Of a stretch of DNA of 64,000 nucleotides, positions 51,013-59,270 are shown piece by piece. Origin of the DNA: Candidatus Moraniibacteriota bacterium (GTDB taxonomy: Bacteria; Patescibacteriota; Minisyncoccia; Moranbacterales; DUUL01); contig JALVDV010000001.1 of assembly GCA_027008775.1 (NCBI GenBank), forward strand, positions 73,934 to 137,933, written 5' to 3'. The notes beneath the pieces were generated by a model. That model saw only the letters and a list, made by a program, of their open reading frames with translations, searched no databases and was not told the origin of the DNA. Numbering within the stretch: position 1 is the stretch's first letter; every line of letters begins with the position of its first letter. Made by a program: the position numbers and the translations under genes.

Positions 51013-51519
51013 CTATTTTTCAGTATCATAAAACAATACTTCACAAGCATATTTATCGCAAAATCTCAAAAAATCATCCTTTTTTATTTTCAAAGAAGCC
51101 GTATTCCGAAAAGGATGGAAATGAATATAGTCGGAAACCAAAATATCCTTGTCTATTATCAAAGGAATATTTTTAGCTCCGGGATAAATCAGTGCCAACG
51201 GTGTCACTGAGCCGGGACTAAGACCCAAATATTTCGCCAATCTTTCCTCAGAAGCAAAGCCCATTTTCCGATGTTCACCTAAAAACTCAGCCAAATGGGG
51301 TATATCCAAACGCTTATCGGCTCTCAGCACCAATAAATAATGCCTGCGACCTCTTTTATCACGCAAAAACATATTTTTACAATCAATTCCCATTTCATTT
51401 TTCTGGTAAAAATCTCCCGAGGCCTCACAAGTAGCAAAAGCGGGATGTTCAAATTTTTGATATTTTATATTCAAATCATCTAAAATTTTATACAATTTTT
51501 TTTCATATTCCTCATTCAT
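51013..51519 (-). CDS. YbaK/ProX-type aminoacyl-tRNA editing deacylase
   Basis: YbaK-domain features: CKNMFLRDKRGRRHYLLVL...YLGLSPGSVTPLAL. Confidence 0.7.
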   Translation of the reverse strand: MNEEYEKKLYKILDDLNIKYQKFEHPAFATCEASGDFYQKNEMGIDCKNMFLRDKRGRRHYLLVLRADKRLDIPHLAEFLGEHRKMGFASEERLAKYLGLSPGSVTPLALIYPGAKNIPLIIDKDILVSDYIHFHPFRNTASLKIKKDDFLRFCDKYACEVLFYDTEK

Positions 51520-51581
51520 TTTTTTGAATTTATCACTTAAAATTTTTAAATTAAATTTCAGAAGAAAAACCTTTGAAAAGT

Positions 51582-52322
51582 CTAGTTTGTCGAAACATAT
51601 TTTAAAAGAACAATGCCAGCAAAGCGACCGGTTTGATTGTTTTCGGCGCGACGATAAGAAAAGTAATTTTGGTCACAGTGATTGCAAGTTTTGCTGACAA
51701 ATATATTTTCCTTTTTAACGCCGACTTTTAACAATTGGTCTTGGTTTAATAAAGGTAAATCAAGATTAGTTTCGTTATAAATATATTTTTTACTCCACCG
51801 TTTTTCAAATCGCTGGATAGTATTTTGATCTATTCTATAACAATCCTTTTGAATAGATGGTCCTAAAAACACCTGAATATCTTGAGTATTGGAATTGTAT
51901 TCCTTTTGTAACTTTAAAATCATTTTTCCGGCAATATTTAAAAAACTACCCTCTCGTCCGGCGTGAGCAACGGCAATTACTTTTTGCCTTGGATCATAAA
52001 ACAAAATCGGAATACAATCAGCTACCAGAACCATCAAAGCCAGTCCCGGTTGAACGGTAATTAAGCCATCGGTTCCCAAAGACTCTCCGCTTTGAGCAAC
52101 GCTTGCAATTTTATCAGAATGCACCTGATTCATCCAAACGAAATTTTCCTGATCAACTCCCAGTTCTTTCGCCAACAACCTTCTATTTTCCAAAACATCT
52201 TCTCTTTTATCTCCAACATGTAATGCCAGGTTCAAAGTATCGTAAGGTGATTCACTCACCCCGCCCCACCGATTTGTAAATCCCGCCACCACTGTCTTCG
52301 TTTCCAAAACTTTTTGAAACAT
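51582..52322 (-). CDS. pgeF: Purine nucleoside phosphorylase / laccase-domain protein PgeF (YfiH family)
   Basis: Cu-oxidase_4/YfiH signature: NRWGGVSESPYDTLNLALHVGD...VLVADCIPILFYDP...AVAHAGREG. Confidence 0.85.
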   Translation of the reverse strand: MFQKVLETKTVVAGFTNRWGGVSESPYDTLNLALHVGDKREDVLENRRLLAKELGVDQENFVWMNQVHSDKIASVAQSGESLGTDGLITVQPGLALMVLVADCIPILFYDPRQKVIAVAHAGREGSFLNIAGKMILKLQKEYNSNTQDIQVFLGPSIQKDCYRIDQNTIQRFEKRWSKKYIYNETNLDLPLLNQDQLLKVGVKKENIFVSKTCNHCDQNYFSYRRAENNQTGRFAGIVLLKYVSTN

Positions 52323-52369
52323 AAATCAATCTTTTAAAGTCTTTTAATTTAATATCTATTTTTAATTAT

Positions 52370-52560
52370 CCATCTTTTAGCTATCTGTCTCTCAGTTGCC
52401 AGACATCTTTTAATTATTCGTCTATTGGTTGTCTGTCTCTTAGTTGTCTATTTGTTAATCGTCTGTCTCCTAGTTGTTTGTCTCCTAGTTATTTGTCTTT
52501 TAATTGTTTATCTTTTAGTTACCTATCTCCTGACTATCCATCTTTTAACAACTTTTACTC
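52370..52560. repeat. Degenerate tandem array (~9 units of ~15-17 bp, consensus TTGTCTRTCTCYTAG)
   Basis: Read directly: ...TTGTCTGTCTCTTAG TTGTCTATTTGTTAATCG TCTGTCTCCTAG TTGTTTGTCTCCTAG TTATTTGTCTTTTAA TTGTTTATCTTTTAG TTACCTATCTCCTGAC... The spurious 65-aa ORF here reflects the repeat periodicity. Confidence 0.7.
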
Positions 52561-52577
52561 AACACTCTTTAACCTCT

Positions 52578-52613
52578 TACTATCATATAAGGTTGTGTAG
52601 TTGTATGATAGTA
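52578..52613. repeat. 36-bp hairpin repeat TACTATCATA-TAAGGTTGTGTAGTTG-TATGATAGTA, copy 1
   Basis: 10-bp exact inverted arms with a 16-nt loop. One of 4 identical copies (also at 56697, 58280, 59044). Confidence 0.85.
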
Positions 52614-52702
52614 TTTCGATAGTATTTTGGTTGGATTTATTATTTTTTAGCCTATTTTACCAAATGCTTGTCATAGCCTTATTTTATTAATTCCTCCCTT
52701 AC

Positions 52703-53060
52703 TTACTCAACAGCTTGCGAAACATCTTGCGGAACATCTTGCGGAATTTGAAAGCCCTTCTGCGGATAAATTTTTATTCTTTGTAAATCACCGACCATAA
52801 TGTTAACCACTCTGTCAAAAACATTGAAACCGTTTTCTTCCGGATAATCGGCAAAGGATATTTGCGAAGAAGTAACCGTTATTTCCACTCCCCGCTCCGA
52901 CCAAAAACAACTTCGCTCCTCGCTCCGCCACTCGAGTATCATGACTGCCCAATACCAAAATCAAATCCGCTTTTTTTAATTTGTGATTTAGATGATAATA
53001 ATCCCAAATTCTCCGCGCCAGTTTTTTTATTTTCTTTTTATCTTTAATGGTATTATTCAT
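52703..53060 (-). pseudogene. Frameshifted DUF218 (YdcF/SanA-like) gene
   Basis: Two overlapping minus-strand ORFs in different frames (52815-53060 with ADLILVLGSHDTRVAERGAKLF; 52703-52942 with the C-terminal part) together span one DUF218-like protein, indicating a frameshift near 52900-52940. Confidence 0.45.
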
Positions 53061-53379
53061 ATCGTTTTTTTATTTTTTTAATTTTATTTTCCAAGGCCGT
53101 TTTTATATCAACGGCCGACACCTCAGCCAACAACAAAGTGGTGATTATAACATCCGCCAATTCATTCGGTAAATTGTTTTTCACTTTCATTTTTGACAAT
53201 TTTTCTTTTCGCTGGTCATTATCCAAAGCTAAAATTTCCGCGCACAACTCGCCAACCTCCTCATTAAGTTTGACCGTTCGCGGTAAAACAATCTCCCGTG
53301 AGGATGATCCTTGACCGTGTTTTTTCACCAATCGCTCACTTTCCGATTTAATAAATTGCAACAATTCTTGAAAGCTCAT
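53053..53379 (-). CDS. MazG-like nucleotide pyrophosphohydrolase (all-alpha NTP-PPase)
   Basis: EEVGELCAEI...ELADVIITTLLLAEV are the MazG core helices with metal-binding EExxE/D. Confidence 0.65.
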   Translation of the reverse strand: MSFQELLQFIKSESERLVKKHGQGSSSREIVLPRTVKLNEEVGELCAEILALDNDQRKEKLSKMKVKNNLPNELADVIITTLLLAEVSAVDIKTALENKIKKIKKRYE

Positions 53380-53524
53380 ATAGTTTTAAAATTTATAAAG
53401 TTATCCATTTTTACCCCAAAATTCACTCTTTGCTTTTCTATAATTTTGATACGGCTTACCTTGATGCTCTTTTTTTAACAAATTGAAATCTTGTCTGGCA
53501 CATTCGTCTTTCTTTAAAATCTCC

Positions 53525-54058
53525 ATAGATACCCCCGCCCTTACAGGCGGGGTTCTTTTTATATTACAAGCTGCGCTTGTCCCGCATCTTCCTCGCCTTG
53601 TTTACGGACATATTCTTGAATTATTTTTTCATTGATACCGACAGTGGATACAAAATATCCTTTTGACCATATTCCTTTGTTGTCCCAATACACTTTTTTG
53701 AGAAACTTGAATTTGTTTTTTAAGCTTCTGCCAGTGTTGGATTTTATTGTTTCCACAACTTTACTTATGGCATATTTGGGGGGAATTATCATATGTAGAT
53801 GAATATGGTCTTTGTCGATTCCCATTTCAATATAAATCCGGTCCGGATAATATTTATTCACTTCTTGGAGTTTTATACGGAGACAGGAATCAACTCCTTT
53901 GACCAGTATTTTCCTTCTGTATCTGGTTGGCCACACTATGTGATATTGGGTTCCGTATACACTATGGTTTGCTTTGTATAGTTTCATATCCTCCATTATA
54001 CAGGAAGATGCGGGATTTGGCTCTCATCCCCGCCCTTACAGGCGGGGAGTTCTCGCTG
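53525..54058 (-). mobile_element. IS200-like element (tnpA only) bounded by direct-repeat GC hairpins and internal inverted repeats
   Basis: CCCCGCC-CTTACA-GGCGGGG occurs at 53533-53552 and 54028-54047 in the same orientation. Subterminal inverted repeats TCCCGCATCTTCC (53581-93) and GGAAGATGCGGGA (54003-15). The GC-rich ends contrast with the AT-rich host sequence. Confidence 0.8.
53559..53996 (-). CDS. tnpA: IS200/IS605-family Y1 (HUH) transposase TnpA
   Basis: YHIVWPTRYRRKIL, HUH motif HIHLHMI, and catalytic-Tyr region GYFVSTVG; 145 aa, typical of IS200 TnpA. Confidence 0.9.
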   Translation of the reverse strand: MEDMKLYKANHSVYGTQYHIVWPTRYRRKILVKGVDSCLRIKLQEVNKYYPDRIYIEMGIDKDHIHLHMIIPPKYAISKVVETIKSNTGRSLKNKFKFLKKVYWDNKGIWSKGYFVSTVGINEKIIQEYVRKQGEEDAGQAQLVI

Positions 54059-54413
54059 AATTAAATATATGAAACTCATCAAAACGAGAATCTTTAATAA
54101 CCAGCATGATATCAACAGATTCTAAATCAGGTGGAATATTTTTTTCTTTGAATATCGCCAACCCCTCATTCTTACCAACAACCCAGACGTCCTCATGTTC
54201 GGCAACAAATACTTCTTTAAACTTTTCTATCGCTGATTGGAAATCACTTCCTCGCACTCGCACGGTTATATCCAAATCTTTTTTGGTTAACATTCCGGAA
54301 ACCGCCGAACTACCCACATGTTCAACTTCCGCCTCCGGTACCAATTCTAAGATTTTGTTTTTTATTTTTGCATATTCCGCCTCAATCACTTCTTTGCATA
54401 AGATGAGATACAT
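54036..54413 (-). CDS. GrpB-family protein (UPF0157, nucleotidyltransferase-like)
   Basis: VEHVGSSAVSGMLTKKDLDITV matches the GrpB motif HVGSTAVPGL.AKPIIDI. Start at internal ATG (MYLILCKE). Confidence 0.6.
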   Translation of the reverse strand: MYLILCKEVIEAEYAKIKNKILELVPEAEVEHVGSSAVSGMLTKKDLDITVRVRGSDFQSAIEKFKEVFVAEHEDVWVVGKNEGLAIFKEKNIPPDLESVDIMLVIKDSRFDEFHIFNSARTPRL

Positions 54414-54461
54414 CTTGGACACCCCTAAAAAAGATATTATGCTAAAAAAGGTTAACCAATA

Positions 54462-55532
54462 ATGTATCTCAAAAAAATGAAAACCAAACAAGTGGGATAT
54501 TATCTGATTCCCAATATTAAAATATCCAAAACAAAATACATTCGTTGGAAAAAGATAGCTAAAACATTAAATCTATCCCAGAAAGCCAGACAAAGATTGG
54601 ATTGGATAATATACTATTACACCAAAGCCAATCAGAACGCCTCTCTAACTTGCAAGCACTTTGGTATTAGCAGATCCAAATGGTATTTCTGGATAAATAA
54701 GTTTGCTGAAACCAACTTGAGAACTCTAGAAAATAATCCCACAGTTCCTTTTAAAAAAAGAGAAAAAGAATACACTGATTTACAATATGAAAGAGTGGTA
54801 AAATTAAGAAGACAATTTATCAAATACGGAAAGGTAAAACTGCTTAAAAAATATCAATCATTATACCCGGAGGATAAAAACATCAGCCAATGGAAGATTC
54901 AATGTATTATTCAAGTATCAGGAATCTATTATCACCCTAAAAAAGCCTTTAAAACGGCTAATAAACGAAGAAAAGCCATTCAGAAGAAAAAGATAACCGA
55001 ATTGAAAAAGAAACCTAAGAGTGGTTATCTAATAGCTTTGGATACAATTGTTAGAATAATCAACGGTCAAAGAAGATATATCATCACCGCCATAGACACT
55101 TATTCCAAAATAGCTTATGCCAGAATGTATAGTTCTCACAGTTCAATACAAGCTGAAGATTTTTTAATGAGATTAAATTATCTCCTAAATGGCAAGATGG
55201 AAAACATTCTAACCGATAATGGCTCAGAGTTTCAAAAACATTTTGAAAAAGCTTGTCAAAGATTAAACTTAAAGAGATACTACAGCCGAGTGAGACAACC
55301 TAAGGATAATCCCGTTTGTGAAAGATTTAACAGAACTTTAAATGAAGAATTCATCCAATTGGGCAATTTAACAACAGATGTAAAAACTTTTAACAGTAAT
55401 TTAACTGATTGGTTGATTGAATACAACTTTCACAGACCTCATCAAGCTTTGGATTATATGACTCCTATAGAATTTACTCAAAAATATGCCAAAGTGTCCA
55501 AGAGGTGGTCATCTAATACATTCTTTGATTGA
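54462..55532 (+). CDS. DDE-type integrase/transposase (rve core; IS481/IS3-like) with N-terminal HTH
   Basis: rve-core features: ALDTIVRIINGQRRYIITAIDTYSK...LTDNGSEF (second D)...NPVCERFNRTLNEE (E)...HRPHQAL. Confidence 0.85.
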   Translation: MYLKKMKTKQVGYYLIPNIKISKTKYIRWKKIAKTLNLSQKARQRLDWIIYYYTKANQNASLTCKHFGISRSKWYFWINKFAETNLRTLENNPTVPFKKREKEYTDLQYERVVKLRRQFIKYGKVKLLKKYQSLYPEDKNISQWKIQCIIQVSGIYYHPKKAFKTANKRRKAIQKKKITELKKKPKSGYLIALDTIVRIINGQRRYIITAIDTYSKIAYARMYSSHSSIQAEDFLMRLNYLLNGKMENILTDNGSEFQKHFEKACQRLNLKRYYSRVRQPKDNPVCERFNRTLNEEFIQLGNLTTDVKTFNSNLTDWLIEYNFHRPHQALDYMTPIEFTQKYAKVSKRWSSNTFFD

Positions 55533-55611
55533 TTCCTGCGGAACAAAATTACATATTCTTTCTCGCATAGTTTTAAGAACTTATAAAATCTCCAACAAAT
55601 TATTTTCACCT

Positions 55612-55639
55612 ATTATGATATTATCAATAATATCATAAT
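55612..55639. repeat. 28-bp palindromic repeat, copy 4
   Basis: ATTATGATATTATCAATAATATCATAAT, exact. Lies 80 bp after the transposase stop, between convergent genes. Confidence 0.85.
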
Positions 55640-55667
55640 ACTCAAATATTTTTCAAATTTGCAATTA

Positions 55668-56558
55668 TCAAATTTTAATCATCTCCAACAACAATTTCTT
55701 CTTTTCCTCCAAATCTCCTTTGATATATTCTACCTGATGAAACAAAATATCCCAACCCAACAAACCGATGGCTCTATTTGCCAAAACCAATTTAACCTCC
55801 TCTCGGTTTTCGTTAGGTAAATATTTGTTCAACCAGTCAGAAATTTTATTATAAAATTCCTGAGTATTTTTTGTTTTTAAGAAAGCAAAATCAATCGCTC
55901 GCAAAAAATCATAATAGCCCCGCCCGACTCGTGGAACAATATTTAAATCCAACAAATATAATTCTTCACCGGAAACAATAATATGATCGCCAATAATATT
56001 ACCGTGCGCCCAACCGAAAAACTCTTCTTCTTTTTCATTAATCACGGTTTGCATTTTATCGGCAATATTTTTAATGTCATCATACCGCAACAAACCAGCT
56101 TCCACAATCGGTCCGCCCCAAGTCAAAATAGAACCCATCGTCCACCTTTCACCGTCTTTTCGCAAATCACCCACCCTTTCCGCTTGCAATAATCTATCAA
56201 TAACCTTTTGATAATCATCGGCTATTCTTTTGCTTTGTTCAATGACCCAATCCGGATTTCCATCAATAAACTCATTCAGACTATCTCCGGCAATTTCTTC
56301 CATTAAAATCATTTCTTTGTCCGCTTTAATGATTGTCGGAACCTTAAAACTCAATTCCCTTTCCATTTCTTTGGCGATTTCAAAAAGTTTTGTTTGTTGC
56401 GGTTCAATTCTTTCCGTTTTTAAAATATATTTTTTACCGGTCTTGTCTTCAACCCGAGCAACACCGGATTTATTCCGGAAAAACCCCTTTTCCACAACTC
56501 GCAAATCATTTTCTCGCGCAATTTGCTCAACTGTTTTTTTCTTGGTTTTTGATGACAT
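55668..56558 (-). CDS. Phosphotransferase enzyme family protein (APH/choline-kinase-like kinase fold)
   Basis: Kinase-fold catalytic loop WAHGNIIGDHIIV (cf. APH HGDLHPGN) and LLDLN (DFG-equivalent D); size 296 aa. Confidence 0.6.
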   Translation of the reverse strand: MSSKTKKKTVEQIARENDLRVVEKGFFRNKSGVARVEDKTGKKYILKTERIEPQQTKLFEIAKEMERELSFKVPTIIKADKEMILMEEIAGDSLNEFIDGNPDWVIEQSKRIADDYQKVIDRLLQAERVGDLRKDGERWTMGSILTWGGPIVEAGLLRYDDIKNIADKMQTVINEKEEEFFGWAHGNIIGDHIIVSGEELYLLDLNIVPRVGRGYYDFLRAIDFAFLKTKNTQEFYNKISDWLNKYLPNENREEVKLVLANRAIGLLGWDILFHQVEYIKGDLEEKKKLLLEMIKI

Positions 56559-56696
56559 AATTTTAAGACTTAATAATTAACTATCTAATAATTAACCATT
56601 GTAGGTCATAAACAATTAGCGTAAACATATTTTACCCCGCAACACTCTCCAACCCTATATCACCACCCCATAACACCACACGACCACACAATCCAA

Positions 56697-56732
56697 TACT
56701 ATCATATAAGGTTGTGTAGTTGTATGATAGTA
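56697..56732. repeat. 36-bp hairpin repeat, copy 2
   Basis: Identical to 52578-52613. Confidence 0.85.
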
Positions 56733-57147
56733 TTTTGTTTTTTAATTATATTTTTCCAGTGATTTCTTGCTCCAATTTGTTTGAAAATTTCCCGTAAAAA
56801 ATTTAATCGTTCTTCACCTCTCTTTTGTCCTTGCTGGACATACAATTCATCCGAATTTATCCGATAAAAATTTTAACTTTATTTCAAACTCTATTTGTAA
56901 ATTATATTTTGCTTTATCTTAGATTTTACCGTTAATTTTTTCTCCCAAATTTTATCTGACGTGTTTCCCAACATCAATCTTCTTACAAATTCTTGCACTA
57001 TTTCTTCTCGTTAAAACAAAACCAATAGCCATACCTATCACTCCGAGAGCGTCCAGTTTGTCCACGTCAAACAAAGTTTACGCTTTTTTTGCTTTTTGGC
57101 TTGTTGCCCGTTCTATATCTGTGCGCGACAATAAGCATTTATACATC

Positions 57148-57531
57148 TTATCTTTCTACCACTTCTACTAAATTTCCACTGCAATCTTTTAAAAAAATAT
57201 ATTTTAATATTTTTCCTTCGGTAATGTCTTTATAGATCTCTATTTTTTTCTTTTTTAATTTATTTTTAAATTTCTCTAAATCAGAAACAGAAAAAGCAAA
57301 ATGATTTATGCCAATAGTTTTTATATCTTTTTCCAAATCTTTCTTGTATTTAGGTAAATCATTAAATTTTCTAAACCAAAAGATTTCCAAGATAATATTA
57401 CCCTTCAATAAATAAATTTCCATTTCATCATCTTTGTACTGCTTAAAGATTTGCAAACCAAAAATATCTTGATAAAATTTCAAGTCCTTTTTTATATTTT
57501 TACTTGTAATTGAGATATGATGAATTTCCAT
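57148..57531 (-). CDS. VOC family protein (glyoxalase/bleomycin resistance/dioxygenase fold)
   Basis: HHISITSKNIKKDLKFYQDIFGL...GINHFAFSV are the VOC beta-alpha-beta-beta-beta module motifs. Confidence 0.6.
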   Translation of the reverse strand: MEIHHISITSKNIKKDLKFYQDIFGLQIFKQYKDDEMEIYLLKGNIILEIFWFRKFNDLPKYKKDLEKDIKTIGINHFAFSVSDLEKFKNKLKKKKIEIYKDITEGKILKYIFLKDCSGNLVEVVER

Positions 57532-57545
57532 ATCCTATACGTTTT

Positions 57546-57962
57546 TTATTTAACGGTTTTCAAAAACTCCTCTATTGTTCTGTATCTCTCTTGAAAAATC
57601 AAATATAAAGTTTCCGGCTTTTCTGGCTCGCCGATCAAAATCAATGGTTTACCCAATCCGTAAGCAATTCCCGCCTCAATATGAACAGCATTTCCAGCCG
57701 GCAACAGAACAATAACTTTCTCGGCATTTTTTAACGCTCGTAAATCTCTTTTAAATATTTTCCAATAATATTTGTCCTCATAAAAATTTTCCACCGCTTC
57801 AAATTTTTCCATATGTTTTTCCGGATTAATATCCGGATCGTTTTCATCCACCGACAAGTCACAAAAATTATAACAAGATTTCCCTCGTCTCCTCAATCCA
57901 AAAACCAATTTCTCTACATTTTCTTTGTTTCTAAATTTTCCTAAAACAGTATAGTCAGTCAT
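57546..57962 (-). CDS. Nucleoside 2-deoxyribosyltransferase-like protein
   Basis: VLLPAGNAVHIEAGIAYGLGKPLILIG matches the NDT family catalytic Glu region (GTAFELGYA.A.GKPV). Confidence 0.55.
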   Translation of the reverse strand: MTDYTVLGKFRNKENVEKLVFGLRRRGKSCYNFCDLSVDENDPDINPEKHMEKFEAVENFYEDKYYWKIFKRDLRALKNAEKVIVLLPAGNAVHIEAGIAYGLGKPLILIGEPEKPETLYLIFQERYRTIEEFLKTVK

Positions 57963-58279
57963 AGTAATTATTTTTACCTATTCCTACCTTCTGCCATATA
58001 TATATTCTTATTTTATTTTGAATAGATATTCCATTTCTACAGGAAAGAAATGTTCGCCGGTTAAATCTTATCGCATTTTGTTTTTTATTACAAAACATCA
58101 TGCTAATTTTCAAAATCACTCAAAAAATCTAAAACTTTCTTCTTTCAAATTTTTTATATCCCAAACCTCTACATCCTAAGCTCATATTCAAACCTCCATA
58201 TGCTAACCTCACGTTTAAATTCACAATTTACAACCATCCAGCCACAGCTATTCATAACTCACAAAATCATCAAACCACT

Positions 58280-58315
58280 TACTATCATATAAGGTTGTGT
58301 AGTTGTATGATAGTA
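58280..58315. repeat. 36-bp hairpin repeat, copy 3
   Basis: Identical; 53 bp downstream of the TrpR-like gene stop. Confidence 0.85.
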
Positions 58316-58367
58316 AAATTCATTTTTTACTTGTTTAATTTGATCTGTTTGTTTAAATTCGAGCCAA

Positions 58368-58790
58368 CTATAATCCCAGCAATCTTTTTAAAAATCTATG
58401 CTGAGGATACTTATCTAATAATCCCGTATATTCATATTTATCAGCTCTTCCCTCTTTTTTTCTGATCCGCTGATTTTTACGTTTCATCCAATTAGCCAAA
58501 ACTCTCCTGTAGGCATTGTCCCGAGCATTCATCCAGTGCTCAATCCCATTAATTGTATTATAACTTACCTTCATATTTTTTCTTATTTCATCGTAAGTTT
58601 TACCTTCAATCAATTGCTTTGCCACCTGTATCCTACGCGCTAACATTAAAGATTCACTGGGCGTCAATAATCCAATCAAAAAATCAATTGTGTCTGTTTT
58701 TGTTTTTAATCCGTACACAATATCAAAAAGATCCCCCACTAACTCCATTCTTTCCTGTTTAGGTATGGAGCTTACTTTTACTTTCGCCAT
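58368..58790 (-). CDS. TrpR-like / YerC-YecD family DNA-binding protein
   Basis: FLIGLLTPSESLMLARRIQVAKQLIEGKTYDEIRKNMKVSYNTINGI is the TrpR/YerC HTH signature. Confidence 0.65.
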   Translation of the reverse strand: MAKVKVSSIPKQERMELVGDLFDIVYGLKTKTDTIDFLIGLLTPSESLMLARRIQVAKQLIEGKTYDEIRKNMKVSYNTINGIEHWMNARDNAYRRVLANWMKRKNQRIRKKEGRADKYEYTGLLDKYPQHRFLKRLLGL

Positions 58791-59043
58791 ATTATTATTT
58801 CTATTGTTAAATAATTATCAATCTAAATTAAATGGATACAAAGCAATTCAAACAAATACAAACAAAGCAAATACGGATAAATAACAATGATATGATAAAA
58901 ACATAATAAAGATACAATAAAAAATAGTCAAAAATGAAAGTAAAACAAAATAAAGTAAAATTAAAACAAAATAAAGTAAAACAAAGTAAGACAAAAATAA
59001 AAATAAACAAATAGACAACCCCAATATTTTACTATTATAACCT

Positions 59044-59079
59044 TACTATCATATAAGGTTGTGTAGTTGTATGATAGTA
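59044..59079. repeat. 36-bp hairpin repeat, copy 4
   Basis: Identical. Confidence 0.85.
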
Positions 59080-59270
59080 TTGTTACGATTATAATATAAT
59101 GTTTTATCGTGAAAGTCAAAAATTTTGAAATCTGCCTGCTTGCTACTTTTTCCTCTTTATCCATTAACAATCCCTCTCTTATTCGCTTACCAACATCATA
59201 TTCCCACCACTCAATACTTTTTTATTATCCGCCAACAAGCACTCCTTCCCGCTGATGAATGAAAATCTCA

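Noticed and set aside
52425-52622. 65-aa ORF MVVCLLVVYLLIVCLL...
   Set aside because: Translation of the degenerate tandem DNA repeat; the periodic Leu/Val/Cys pattern is an artefact.
58925-58995. Possible CRISPR-like array (repeats of TAAAACAAAATAAAGTAAAA)
   Set aside because: Only two or three adjacent low-complexity A-rich units with no spacers of regular length. No cas genes are anywhere in the window. This is simple-sequence repeat.
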